Shown here: positions 1 to 10,283 of the stretch, piece by piece
Numbering within the stretch: the stretch's first letter is position 1
Layout: the number at the start of each line of letters is the position of its first letter
NCBI GenBank assembly: GCA_963701295.1
Contig: OY969585.1
Location: forward strand, 2,400,001 to 2,464,000
Source: Ignavibacteriota bacterium
Lineage (GTDB): Bacteria > Bacteroidota > Ignavibacteria > UBA10030
Length of the DNA: 64,000 nucleotides
Direction of reading: 5' to 3'
Notes under the pieces: model-generated
Databases searched by the model: none
The model's input: the letters and a program-made list of their open reading frames with translations, nothing else
What the model was told of the DNA's origin: nothing
Made by a program: the position numbers and the translations under genes

Positions 1-742
1 TCAGTCGCCAGAACTCAATTTTAAAGGCATATACAGGATAAGTCCGTCTGGAGTTGTGACATTGCTCGACAGTACATTTGACAAACCGAATGGTATTTGT
101 TTTTCTCCCGATGAGAAAAGATTGTATGTCAACGATACACCAGTGCGGAGTATTTATATGTGGGATGTTGTGGACGATTCGACAATTACAAATAGGAGAC
201 TATTTTACCAAATTCCCTCGAACTCAGGTGGGGTTGATGGAATGAAGGTTGACCAGGGAGGTAATATCTATTGCGCTGGACCAAACGGGTTGTGGATTAT
301 TTCATCGACCGGAACGTATCTGGATAAAATCCCCATATCTGTTGGTCCTTCAAATTGCGCTTGGGGTGATTCCGATGGAAAGACGTTATATATCACCGGG
401 GGGTATGGAGACGGAACACTATATAAAATCCACCTTGCTCCGGCCACAGGAGTCGAAGATTATGGAGCTCTTCCCAAAGCGGAGTTTGAGTTATATGCAA
501 ATTATCCCAATCCTTTTAATCCATCAACAAACATTTCTTTCAGCCTTCCAAAACGATCTTTTGTGTCATTGAAAGTATTTGATCTAATTGGAAGAGAGAT
601 CACAACGCTTCTTTCTGAAGAATTGCCAGCGGGAAACCACACGCGACAATGGAATGCTAACAGAGAACCAAGTGGAATTTACTTGTATCGTTTGCAGGCT
701 GGATCATTTACTGAGACGAAGAAATTGATTTTGCTTAAGTAA
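1..742 (+). CDS. SMP-30/gluconolactonase-family protein with T9SS C-terminal domain (5' truncated by window)
   Basis: PNGICFSPDEKRLYVNDT, DGMKVD, SNCAWG motifs; C-terminal YPNPFNPST...KKLILLK. Confidence 0.85.
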   Translation, partial: QSPELNFKGIYRISPSGVVTLLDSTFDKPNGICFSPDEKRLYVNDTPVRSIYMWDVVDDSTITNRRLFYQIPSNSGGVDGMKVDQGGNIYCAGPNGLWIISSTGTYLDKIPISVGPSNCAWGDSDGKTLYITGGYGDGTLYKIHLAPATGVEDYGALPKAEFELYANYPNPFNPSTNISFSLPKRSFVSLKVFDLIGREITTLLSEELPAGNHTRQWNANREPSGIYLYRLQAGSFTETKKLILLK

Positions 743-754
743 ATGGCAATTGTA

Positions 755-790
755 CGCTAACCTACTGGTCAAGCTAACGGAATGAGTGTG
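755..790 (+). repeat. attC-like site, left half only
   Basis: CGCTAAC-CTACT-GGTCAAGCTAACGGAATGAG matches the family left arm; no right arm follows. Confidence 0.7.
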
Positions 791-825
791 GACATCAAAA
801 GACAGGAAAAATGAAAAAGCAAATC

Positions 826-906
826 AAAGTTTTACCCATAAACTAAGAAATCCTACCCGAATTCCATCGATGAAGATTCTTCTTTAGACTTAGTAGCGGG
901 GGCAGG
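826..906 (-). repeat. tRNA-fMet 3' tail remnant plus terminator-like hairpin (copy A)
   Basis: GTAGCGGGGGCAGG (893-906) is the reverse complement of CCTGCCCCCGCTAC; flank is homologous to 19786-19887 and 40820-40896. Confidence 0.65.
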
Positions 907-1290
907 TCAAGCGATTCCAAAAAATATTTTTTTTAGAATTTATTTTTTCTCTTTTATGCGATTTTGTTACATTAGGTCTGCAATGTTCTCATTAATCTAT
1001 TCAACCCGACATACTTCGTGTGGTCAACTTGTCCGGATCTCTGACTATCGTTTTCAGTCACGAGAAGATTTGAAGCTGCATCAGAACTTTGAACCATTGA
1101 AGCTCCATTGCCCAAAGTGCTTGTTAGAAATAAACGCTACTCATTTTGAGCCGTGGGAATTCGTGCGTTTAGGAATGGAAAGAATTGCTGATGAAATGCC
1201 TCTTGAACAATAGTATGAGGTGCGTGGAAAGCTACTACAAATGATATGGTTTTATTTTTAAAAAATATGATTAAGTTACTTATGTTATCT

Positions 1291-1319
1291 TTGACACTCC
1301 TCGTTTCTTTCTCTATATT
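1291..1319 (+). promoter_or_regulatory. sigma70-type promoter upstream of GH116-like gene
   Basis: TTGACA-17 nt-TATATT. Confidence 0.6.
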
Positions 1320-1478
1320 CTTACGCGGTGTAATTTAGTAGAGTGATATCGTAGAGGTAATTTATTTAATCTCATCTCATAATGGAGTAGACCATAGAAA
1401 AGAATGAGATGCAGTAAAAGTAGACCAAAACTGCTTGCTTCAAGTATGAAATAATCCCATCCAAAAGAAGGGAAAAGG

Positions 1479-4400
1479 ATGAAATTTAAGCCGTTTTTGA
1501 TACTGCTTTTTCTCGTTGATAGTTTCCCTATTATTCATGTCCATGCAGCGGTTGATGGTACCACTGGGACACCACTGGGTGGACTTGGAACCGGTGCAGT
1601 GAAGTTCAATGCTGGCTATGGTACTTTCACTTTTAATGATCAAACGCCCACACGGTACGGAGATTATCAGTTGCTTGCCGGAGCTCAGTTTCAGCTTTAT
1701 ACCAAGAGTGCCGGGTCTATTATAACCAGCTATCCTCTCAAAGCTACACAGATGTCGGGCAGGATCGATGACAATGCTGTTTTCCCGACACACCAGGTCA
1801 ATTTCGGGATCTTAAATGGTACCGGAATCAATCTGAATGCATTCGGGCCTTTCGATCCTATTGTCTCTGATAACATGGCATTCCCGGGTGCATTCTACGA
1901 TTTCACGTTTACCAATACTGGCGATTCGGAGTCGGAAATATCTATAGCGTTTCAAATGACAACCGAACAAAATCCGATCATCATTAGCGGAAAAGGATTC
2001 TCAGACGAGACGGGCCTCCATCAAAAATGTGTCTTTGTTTACGACGAACAAGGTTCTGCAGTTGTAAGTGTCGGAAGCGACAGCGCTTTTTTTCAGACCG
2101 GGAATTGTGAGAATAGTATTAGCGGGAAAACAAATAGAGCTGCGGCTTTTTTCAAACTTCCAGTAGGTGGCGTAAAGACGGTTACCTTCATCTTTGCATG
2201 GTACAACAATTCTGATAAGACACGTTATTACTATACAAATTTTTATGGTAAAGCTACCGAAGTGGCAAACGCGGGGTTGATTCATTTGCCGGTATATAAA
2301 CAAGCCGCTTTTTCATTTGTGAACCGCATGCGAGCGTCAAACCTACCGTCATGGATCATTGATCAAACATTAAACTCGCTTGTCAATATCGTAAATAACA
2401 GCATTTACACAGCGGATGGTCGTTACTGCCACAATGAAGGAATGTATCAGATGGATGGCACCATGGATCAGATGTGGCATAGTCGGCAGATCAACGTCCA
2501 ACTTATACCGGAGATTGCCTGGAAAGAACTCGAGTATTGGGCACGGTGTCAGAAAAAAGCCGTAGCTTCAGAGGGTCAAATTCATCATGATTTCGGGAGT
2601 AATGCCACATACACGATCGCTAGTTGGGATGAATCGGAATATCAGGATTATCGCGATATTGATGCATGGGTGGATTTGAATTGCGGTTTTATTATATCTG
2701 TCTATGAAACTTACATTGCTACGGCAGACAGTATAAAACTTGCTTATCTATGGCCGTATGTGAAGAATGCGGGGCAAAGAATTTTAAATCAGGTCGTTCT
2801 CGAAGGTGATAAAACATATCCCTATACGTTTTCGACTTCCTCAAGTTCGTACGATAATGGGGGTGAGTCACAGGCGTTTAATTCGGGTTTGTCGATAGTG
2901 ACCTACAAAGTCCTTCATTCGCTTGCTGAGGAAATGGGTGAAACGGTTCTGGCTTCTACGTATACGGCAGCATGTGATACTGCTATAAAATATTTCTCCC
3001 AACGTTGGCTCGATCAACCATTTATAACAGGAAAAGCCTGTGAGTCTATTTTGGGGGGACCCTGGATAGCGAATTTTCTAAAATTGGATCAAGACTGGGC
3101 ATCATCAAAACTGAATATTCTTTTTTCCACGATTACTAATTTTTATAGTCCCCTTGGAAGCGGGCTAGGATATGCAGGTGGATCATATGAAGAATGGCAA
3201 ACGTACCTTGTTGGTCATCTCGGAGGCTATGCCCTTCAAACTGGTAGAGTCGATATCTGGCGCGCTTTACAGTATGATATGTATGAACGCAACACGCTTG
3301 ATCGCAATCGGGTCTTTAATGAGCCATTGGGCATACCTTCGAAAGTTATGTCCCCGGTTTACATTGCATCGAATTCCAGCAGTGCCGATCAGTACATCAG
3401 CATTCCGGTTTTGTGGCGAAATTATTATGACCTTATCGGATTTCATCGTAATAAGGCAACTGGAGAACTCTGGCTGGAACCGAATCTTCCGGCAGAATTA
3501 AATCATAACCTTTTGAACGCGTGTATTATTTCTCCCGAGGGATACGCCACTATAAGCACCTCTGAAAGCGGAGACTCGTGGCAGAATCAAAGAATCACTT
3601 TTACATCTGATAAGTCGATTCAGGTAAACGCGATTTATGCAAAAGATAAATACAGCGACACTATCCGGTCAGTCCGGGTAAATGGAGCAGACAAGCAGTA
3701 TATTCGGGTGGGGACCGGGTATCAACGGCAACTGAAAATTATCTGGTCTGGCAGCATCGATTCGTCGGGGATCATACTCGAGGTTGTAGGCGATCCGATC
3801 ATGCTTAAAACTCCTGCGGCACCAGATCAACTCAGAGCCACTTCAGTCTCACCGAGTCGCATTGATCTTGTTTGGCGGAATAATGCCGTAGATGCAACCG
3901 GTTATAGAATCGAATGCAAAATCGGGGGCGTATTTACTACAATTGGAACCGTTGGAGCACATGACACAACATTTTCCCATACAACACTTCTGCAAAATAC
4001 GCAATACTTCTACCACGTTGTGGCTTACAACAATGATGGAAACTCAGGTTTTTCAAATGTGGCGAGTGCGATAACAAAGAGTGCTGGAACAGGTGACGTT
4101 GTGATTGCGATTAATTCCGGCGGTCCCTTGTATCTGGGTAAGGAAGGGACCCAATATATAACGGATGTGAATGCTTCATTCTGCGCTGGTGGGACGGCAT
4201 ATTCCACGACAGCAACCGTTTCGGGAACACCAGATGGCTCGCTTTATCAAACTGAACGGTATGGGATTTTTTCTTATGCCTTGTCCATGCAAAACGGCTA
4301 TTATGAAGTAACACTCAAATTCGCGGAAATCTATCAAACAGGTGCCGGGTTGCGACTATTCAATGTCACCATTGAGGATTCTACGGTAATTTCGAATATG

Positions 4401-4847
4401 GATATTTTTGCCTTGGCTGGGGAAAATTCAGCTTATGATGTAACAATTCCTGTTACTCTTGCGGATGGAATACTCAATATCGCGTTCATCTCTGTTAAGG
4501 ATAATGCAAAACTCAGCGCACTCGTCGTACGCAAAGCTTCGCCGACGGGCGTTAAGAATCGTATAGAACAATCGCAAAAGTGCTTTGCATACTCATTATT
4601 TCAAAATCATCCCAACCCGTTTAACCCGTCGACATCGATCTCATTTACTCTTCCATCGCGTTCTTTTGTAACATTGAAAATATTTGATCTGTTAGGAAGA
4701 GAGGTTTCAACAATTGTCTCGGAGGAATTACCTGCAGGAGACCACTCACGGCAATGGAATGCAGAAGATTTTCCAAGCGGCGTTTACTTCTATCGCTTGC
4801 AAGCTGGTTCATTCATTGAAACAAAAAAACTTGTTTTGCTCAAGTGA
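1479..4847 (+). CDS. GH116-like glycoside hydrolase with FN3, malectin and T9SS CTD
   Basis: Signal peptide; GTPLGGLGTG N-terminal motif; FN3 (PAAPDQLRATSVSPSRIDLVW); malectin (AINSGG...LYQTERYG...LKFAEIY); CTD. Confidence 0.75.
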   Translation: MKFKPFLILLFLVDSFPIIHVHAAVDGTTGTPLGGLGTGAVKFNAGYGTFTFNDQTPTRYGDYQLLAGAQFQLYTKSAGSIITSYPLKATQMSGRIDDNAVFPTHQVNFGILNGTGINLNAFGPFDPIVSDNMAFPGAFYDFTFTNTGDSESEISIAFQMTTEQNPIIISGKGFSDETGLHQKCVFVYDEQGSAVVSVGSDSAFFQTGNCENSISGKTNRAAAFFKLPVGGVKTVTFIFAWYNNSDKTRYYYTNFYGKATEVANAGLIHLPVYKQAAFSFVNRMRASNLPSWIIDQTLNSLVNIVNNSIYTADGRYCHNEGMYQMDGTMDQMWHSRQINVQLIPEIAWKELEYWARCQKKAVASEGQIHHDFGSNATYTIASWDESEYQDYRDIDAWVDLNCGFIISVYETYIATADSIKLAYLWPYVKNAGQRILNQVVLEGDKTYPYTFSTSSSSYDNGGESQAFNSGLSIVTYKVLHSLAEEMGETVLASTYTAACDTAIKYFSQRWLDQPFITGKACESILGGPWIANFLKLDQDWASSKLNILFSTITNFYSPLGSGLGYAGGSYEEWQTYLVGHLGGYALQTGRVDIWRALQYDMYERNTLDRNRVFNEPLGIPSKVMSPVYIASNSSSADQYISIPVLWRNYYDLIGFHRNKATGELWLEPNLPAELNHNLLNACIISPEGYATISTSESGDSWQNQRITFTSDKSIQVNAIYAKDKYSDTIRSVRVNGADKQYIRVGTGYQRQLKIIWSGSIDSSGIILEVVGDPIMLKTPAAPDQLRATSVSPSRIDLVWRNNAVDATGYRIECKIGGVFTTIGTVGAHDTTFSHTTLLQNTQYFYHVVAYNNDGNSGFSNVASAITKSAGTGDVVIAINSGGPLYLGKEGTQYITDVNASFCAGGTAYSTTATVSGTPDGSLYQTERYGIFSYALSMQNGYYEVTLKFAEIYQTGAGLRLFNVTIEDSTVISNMDIFALAGENSAYDVTIPVTLADGILNIAFISVKDNAKLSALVVRKASPTGVKNRIEQSQKCFAYSLFQNHPNPFNPSTSISFTLPSRSFVTLKIFDLLGREVSTIVSEELPAGDHSRQWNAEDFPSGVYFYRLQAGSFIETKKLVLLK

Positions 4848-4857
4848 AACAATTGCA

Positions 4858-5070
4858 ACATAACCAGCAACTAAAGCTGACGGAATGAGCCCGCCAAAAA
4901 GACGGCGGGCAAGCGTGGTACGTTAAGCATGGCTTTTGGTGGGTTTCAGTTTCATTATTACGTTTTTTGTACTTCATGACTTTTGTGTAATTAATTTTGT
5001 ATTCAGTATGAACTCGTTTTCAAAAATTTGAAAATTATCAGCGCCGCAGCTTAGTGCCAATCCGTTAGAA
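4858..5070 (+). repeat. attC-like site (213 bp)
   Basis: ACATAAC-CAGCA-ACTAAAGCTGAC ... CGCAGCTTAGTGCCAATCC-GTTAGAA; internal hairpin GCCCGCC-AAAAAGAC-GGCGGGC. Confidence 0.85.
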
Positions 5071-5191
5071 CGCACGAATTATATATGGCGTAATTACTCT
5101 AGATTATATGCCGCGCAGCTTGATGATTGGTTTCGCAAAAGAAGTCTGTGGCTTGAACCAATTGAGGAGAACTATACATACTGGAGGCACA

Positions 5192-7216
5192 ATGTCACGA
5201 TTTAATTTATTATTTATGTTTCTGTTTTGTGCGTTTCAACTTAGTCAATCGCAACTGAGGTATGTGACTGCGGCAAATACGAGTACTATAACTAGCTACG
5301 GTTACGAATACCAAATGACGATTCAAAACAAGAGCAATGTTCTGATTGCTTTCAAAAGAGGTACAGGAGCAACTTCAGCAGACAGAGAAATTCGAGTTGC
5401 ATACTCTGCAGATGCCGGTCGTTCTTTTACTGAATCCAATATAACCATTCCTACTAATACTGGTACCTTTAGTCCAGTTATATCTAGCACCACAAGTTCC
5501 GTTGTCGCCATCTATCAGTATGATTCAAGTGTGACAAGAAATGTGTGTTTAGCGCGATCAACAAATGGGGGCAGTTCATTCACCTTGTCTTCTGTAGCCA
5601 ACTCAAATCTAAGTAATGCATGGTTAGAGACATTCATTTCTGATGGTGTTTCGAAATACTATGTTGGTGATAATTTTTACTTGTTCGCTTCGACTGACGA
5701 TGGCGTCTCATTCAAACAAATGAAAACCCCTTCAGATATGTCGTCCGGATCTGTATCTTATGCTCGTTGGGTAGCAACTCCTAATTATTTGTGGGTTGTG
5801 TATAATAAAGAAGCTGGAGATTCAATTTATGTTTATCGATCTAGCGACAACGGTAATACCTATCAATTCATAACCCAATACTTCGTAGATTTTCCATCCA
5901 ATTATCTTTTTTCCTGTTATGCAGTGGGTGATCAATTGTATATTTCTTGGGTTCACGAGGAAGTCGGAACATACTCGCTCAGAATGAGGACCATCACTGG
6001 AACTACAGTTGGCCCAATAAGAGATGTTCTTGTAACAACATCTAGCATCGACAAACCAATTTTGAAGAAAACTTCTGGTCGGGTTTTTATAGGAGTCTCT
6101 GATCAAATATTTCAATCAACAGACTCGGGTAATACTTGGAGTAGGGGTTCTGATGTGACCACGGAGATAAAAAATATAAAAAGCTCTCCAAACCTAAACG
6201 ACTTCATTCCATTGGATGACACGACCATATATTTGCACCTCAATAGTGATTTAACAGGATCATTGACACAGATTCTTTTTGCCAATTGGAAATGGACTGA
6301 TTTTCCAATAACTGATCTGACTGATGATACATTGATTACATTAAGTTCATCCGTCGACATTGGTTGGTGGAATCGTTACGTTGAAACGCCCATATACCGT
6401 TTGCAGATGTCAAATTCTCCGAGTTTTTCTCAGGTCATCTTTGATACTCTTGGAACATACTACTCATACATTCCTATGAAGAAAAGATTCCAAGCAAACG
6501 AAACAAGGTATTACTACCGAGTTCGTGGAGAGGATAATGGATACAATACTTCCTGGTCCCCGACGAAATCTTTCCGCTACGGTTCATCCATCACAGGTTC
6601 ACCTTCTCTCACCGCACCCATAAATGGCAGTACAGTAACCTATCCCAATATTGTCAATTTCCAATGGGGATCTGTAACCAATGCCGATAATTATGTCTTC
6701 CATATGTCGTCCACAACCACTTTTACAGATACACTCAATTATTTTGACTGGTTATCTGAAACTAAGACATCAGCTTTCCCTTGGAAGGGCGGTCTCCCGA
6801 TTTTGAATGGTACTTTCTATTGGCGTGTCAGAGGATTGGAGTATGAAACTGGAAGTACTGGCCCTTGGAGCGTCACGTGGAGCTTCAACTATACCGGGGC
6901 AACAGGGGTGTCTGAGGAACAAGTTGTAATTCCAAAAGACTATTCATTATCTCAGAATTTTCCTAATCCATTCAATCCATCCACAAGGATCACTTTTACA
7001 CTTCCGTTTCGTTCAAGAGTTACAGTCTACATATACAACATACTGGGTCAAGTAGTATCACGACTTTTGGATACCGATCTGGAAAAGGGATTCAAGTCTA
7101 TTGATTGGGAAGCTACGGTTTCCAGCGGAACGTACATCCTTCGCCTTGAGGCTATTTCTCTTCAAAATCCGAATGTCCATTTCGAGAGCACAAGGAAAAT
7201 GATTTTAATGCGATAA
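5192..7216 (+). CDS. BNR/Asp-box beta-propeller (sialidase-like fold) with FN3-like domains and T9SS CTD
   Basis: Repeated S-x-D-x-G-x-[ST]-[FWY] boxes; GGAGG RBS before ATG 5192; CTD. Confidence 0.75.
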   Translation: MSRFNLLFMFLFCAFQLSQSQLRYVTAANTSTITSYGYEYQMTIQNKSNVLIAFKRGTGATSADREIRVAYSADAGRSFTESNITIPTNTGTFSPVISSTTSSVVAIYQYDSSVTRNVCLARSTNGGSSFTLSSVANSNLSNAWLETFISDGVSKYYVGDNFYLFASTDDGVSFKQMKTPSDMSSGSVSYARWVATPNYLWVVYNKEAGDSIYVYRSSDNGNTYQFITQYFVDFPSNYLFSCYAVGDQLYISWVHEEVGTYSLRMRTITGTTVGPIRDVLVTTSSIDKPILKKTSGRVFIGVSDQIFQSTDSGNTWSRGSDVTTEIKNIKSSPNLNDFIPLDDTTIYLHLNSDLTGSLTQILFANWKWTDFPITDLTDDTLITLSSSVDIGWWNRYVETPIYRLQMSNSPSFSQVIFDTLGTYYSYIPMKKRFQANETRYYYRVRGEDNGYNTSWSPTKSFRYGSSITGSPSLTAPINGSTVTYPNIVNFQWGSVTNADNYVFHMSSTTTFTDTLNYFDWLSETKTSAFPWKGGLPILNGTFYWRVRGLEYETGSTGPWSVTWSFNYTGATGVSEEQVVIPKDYSLSQNFPNPFNPSTRITFTLPFRSRVTVYIYNILGQVVSRLLDTDLEKGFKSIDWEATVSSGTYILRLEAISLQNPNVHFESTRKMILMR

Positions 7217-7268
7217 TGCACAAAAATGTCAATCGGATCAGAAGTGACAATTGTTCAAGCTGCGCGGC

Positions 7269-7406
7269 ATATAATAACCAAAAGCACTATGCTCACATCA
7301 TTTGATATGGATTATAGAGTTCGCTCAATGCAGTTTGCCGCGTGTTGGTCGATTCGCTCTTTTGATAGCGGCAAACTGTGTTGCGTGCTTTTGGTAAACG
7401 TTATAT
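7269..7406 (+). repeat. Divergent attC-like hairpin of a different family
   Basis: ATATAAT-AA-CCAAAAGCAC ... GTGCTTTTGG-TAAAC-GTTATAT with inner inverted repeat CAGTTTGCCGC/GCGGCAAACTG. Confidence 0.5.
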
Positions 7407-7438
7407 AAAATATGACAATATAAAAGGAGGAAGAAGAA

Positions 7439-8506
7439 ATGGCTAAAATATTTACTATAAATATTGATAAATTGTCAACCATGAATGAAAGGCGACTGGA
7501 AAAAGAAGATGTGCTTCACAACCATCTCGAAAAATTCCCTGAGATTATTGCTGAGGCGTTAGATACGGATAATCCACGCAAGTTCATAGTACTCAATAGA
7601 GAAGCAGGGGTAGTTGGCTTCTCTATGGATTTACTTCTTCTCGACCAGAATTATATATTAACAGTGGTTGAAGCCAAGCGAGCAGAAAGTACAGACTTGA
7701 GAAGGAAAATCATTGGGCAAGGTATTGAATATGCAGCGAACCTTGTGATTGTATGGAAGACAAAAAAAATACTCGAACAAGCGAAGGATTATTGGAACGG
7801 CAAGGGAAAGAAACTTCTCGATGAGATAAATACCACCTTTGAACCAGAAGAACCAATAGAGGACGATAATATACTCCTTCAAAAGGTGCAAGAAGGACTC
7901 GATAACTTGCAGATAATATTTGCAGCAGATGGTCCATTTCCCAATGAACTGAAAACTGCCATAGAGTTCTTAAATAAGAATTTTAAAACTATCAAAGTAT
8001 ATGGTCTTGAAGTAAGATACTTCGGAGAAGAAAAGGGACAGCATATTATAACTCCATTAATCGTCGGCCGAACAACTGAAGCAGAAATTGGTAAGTCAAC
8101 AACAAAACAGTGGACAGAAGAGATGTTCCTTTCTGAATTAAAGAAGATATGCGGGGATGACACTGATAAAATCAGAGTTGCAGAAGATTTGCTTAACTTT
8201 TCTAAAGATGAAGGTTCCAAGAATCCGTTTGAGAAAGGTCCGTCAGTATCAGGCAATTTTAATTTCTACGTTAAAGAAGGGACTAAAGACTATGCGCTAT
8301 TTTATGTAAATGCTTTAGGTAATATTTATTTTTATGGATTACAAAATAAAATTCTCTTCACAAAGGAATTAATAAATATTGGTTTTGAGATTTTACCAGA
8401 GAAAAAGGAGAGTCTATTGAGTCTTGGTATTCTGGAGGATCCTGAAAAACTGAAGAATTTCAAGAACATAATAAGGACATACGTTAAAAGTAAATCTGAA
8501 AATTAG
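7439..8506 (+). CDS. PD-(D/E)XK nuclease-like protein (NucS-C/restriction endonuclease-like)
   Basis: E...MDLLLLD...VVEAKR...IIGQGIEY motif; strong AGGAGG RBS. Confidence 0.65.
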   Translation: MAKIFTINIDKLSTMNERRLEKEDVLHNHLEKFPEIIAEALDTDNPRKFIVLNREAGVVGFSMDLLLLDQNYILTVVEAKRAESTDLRRKIIGQGIEYAANLVIVWKTKKILEQAKDYWNGKGKKLLDEINTTFEPEEPIEDDNILLQKVQEGLDNLQIIFAADGPFPNELKTAIEFLNKNFKTIKVYGLEVRYFGEEKGQHIITPLIVGRTTEAEIGKSTTKQWTEEMFLSELKKICGDDTDKIRVAEDLLNFSKDEGSKNPFEKGPSVSGNFNFYVKEGTKDYALFYVNALGNIYFYGLQNKILFTKELINIGFEILPEKKESLLSLGILEDPEKLKNFKNIIRTYVKSKSEN

Positions 8507-8794
8507 CATGCAGTTAAAATGAGGCATGCATCAGAGAATAAAATATTATATGGTTATTTTGCTTTTAATTGGATCCAACTAATTCTTTTGCACATGTATT
8601 GAATATAAATATTCTACAGCGTGCGTTCTAACCATTTTAAAAAGGAAAGAGTCAAGTAAATAGTAATCTCCCGATGCGTCCCGCAGCAGCGGGATGCGGA
8701 GTTCTTTGAGAGTGATGACGACCGAACACGGCCGGCAGACAGCGATGAGAGAAGCCGCATTATCTATCGAGCAGAACGCCACGACCAGGCAATG

Positions 8795-8965
8795 ACGTCC
8801 AAACCATTTTTCGGATTAACCTCCAATTCATCAAAATACCGATGGTGGAAGCATGTCTCGTCCAAGCGAGAGGTTCCAGATATTTTCACGGCGCAACGCC
8901 TGACTTCCCAATCCAGCGGACGATGCTCTTACGGCATCAGTGAGGAAAGCGGGCTTGTCAGGCGC
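8795..8965 (-). ncRNA. Putative bridge/seekRNA of IS copy 1
   Basis: Stems CGCCTGAC/GTCAGGCG and GATGC/GCATC flank guide-like segments; CCATTTT (8804-8810) matches this copy's own end. Confidence 0.65.
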
Positions 8966-9942
8966 GGCCATTGCTGAGATTTCTGTCGGTTGATCGGCTG
9001 CCCTTTGAGACCATTATATGATGTTTTGTTCTTTAAGACATAGTAAACAATCTTTGCAAGCTCCTTCGCAAGAACAGCATAGGCGGTTGGCTCGTTAGAT
9101 CGACGAGCTAATTTCTGAAAGAGACGTTTGTATTCAGGATAATACTGAACAGCATGGACAGCGGCATCAGAGAAGGCGATTTTGAGATACTTATTGCCGT
9201 CTTTGCTGGAACGGTGGTGCACGGAACGATTGGGGTTATCAGCCGCAGGGACAAGTCGGCAGTACGAGACAAATCTCTTATCAGAGTCGAAGCGTTCGAT
9301 ACCGTCGATCTCAAGATACACCGTGAAGGCTGAGAGCTTGCCGATCCCTGGGATGTGCAGGAGACGTTGAATATCGTCATTGGGGATCAGGATCGGATGG
9401 AGAGATTTTTCCAGAGCGAGGATCTGAGAGGTGAACATATCGCGAGTATGTTCCAGCACAGCAGTCTGGAAGCGATAGGGATCATGGACAGAGCCGTTAA
9501 ATTTGGCGTGAATGCTGTAGAGACGCAGCAGACAGGCAGAGCGTTGCTGAACGAGCCGTAAGCGAATGCGCATGGTATCTCGTAAGCCGCGAAGATCGCG
9601 GCTGATTTTATGAGCTTGGGGAATGAGTCCCTGCCGTAAGAGGATAGCGAGAGTTTGCGAATCAACTTTATCGGTCTTAACTTTAGCATAGCTGATGGCT
9701 TTGAGATATTTTGCGTGAGCAAGGACGAGATCGATGCCGTGGTCTTCGAGTAAATCGTTGAGCCAGTACCACCCGGTGGTAGACTCGACGACAGCCTGAT
9801 GGGAACCAGGCAAGGAATGGAAGTAATCGAGAACCACCTCGTTGCTATTCTCGACGCGTTGTTGTTTGATGACAGCACCGGTGTCATCGACAGTGGTGAT
9901 ATAACTATTATCAGAGTGCAAATCGATACCTGAGTAATACAT
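8929..9942 (-). CDS. IS110-family recombinase/transposase, possibly inactive
   Basis: GIDLH, VVEST, KTDKVD (DEDD); IPGIG; LVPAADNPN has Pro where copy 2 has the expected catalytic Ser. Confidence 0.92.
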   Translation of the reverse strand: MYYSGIDLHSDNSYITTVDDTGAVIKQQRVENSNEVVLDYFHSLPGSHQAVVESTTGWYWLNDLLEDHGIDLVLAHAKYLKAISYAKVKTDKVDSQTLAILLRQGLIPQAHKISRDLRGLRDTMRIRLRLVQQRSACLLRLYSIHAKFNGSVHDPYRFQTAVLEHTRDMFTSQILALEKSLHPILIPNDDIQRLLHIPGIGKLSAFTVYLEIDGIERFDSDKRFVSYCRLVPAADNPNRSVHHRSSKDGNKYLKIAFSDAAVHAVQYYPEYKRLFQKLARRSNEPTAYAVLAKELAKIVYYVLKNKTSYNGLKGQPINRQKSQQWPRLTSPLSSLMP

Positions 9943-10283
9943 GGGAATCTCCTATTGTTGATGATGAATGTTTAATTCTTCAAGCTAAACATACAAAATC
10001 GGGAGGTTCCTTTTTGGTAATATCTAACAACTCAAGCTGACGAAATGAGCGCCCGCCCAAAGATAAAGCTTGGCGGGTAAATGGGTACGTTAAGCATGGC
10101 TAATAGAGGTTTAGATGTTTAATAATAAACTTATCAGAATGAACTATAGAAGAGGAAACACGCTGCGCGTGTTACAGTTATGGGGCTCCGCCTGTTATCA
10201 GTAACTTGCGGCTTCTCGTTGACGCAGCTTAGTTGCCAATCGTTAGGGCACAATTACTCATTCATTAGTTAGCTGGAAGATTT

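Larger units (their letters stand above)
8633..10024 (-). mobile_element. IS110-family (IS1111-type, attC-targeting) insertion sequence, copy 1
   Basis: Subterminal inverted repeats AAAAAGGAA/TTCCTTTTT; long non-coding region downstream of the transposase; ends shared with copy 2. Confidence 0.9.
8626..10248 (+). repeat. attC-like site interrupted by IS copy 1
   Basis: TTCTAAC at 8626-8632; remainder TAACA-ACTCAAGCTGAC...GCAGCTTAGTTGCCAATC-GTTAGGG at 10025-10248. Confidence 0.85.

Noticed and set aside
956-1213. 85-aa ORF with CPKC
   Set aside because: Single CxxC, no clear RBS and no recognisable family.
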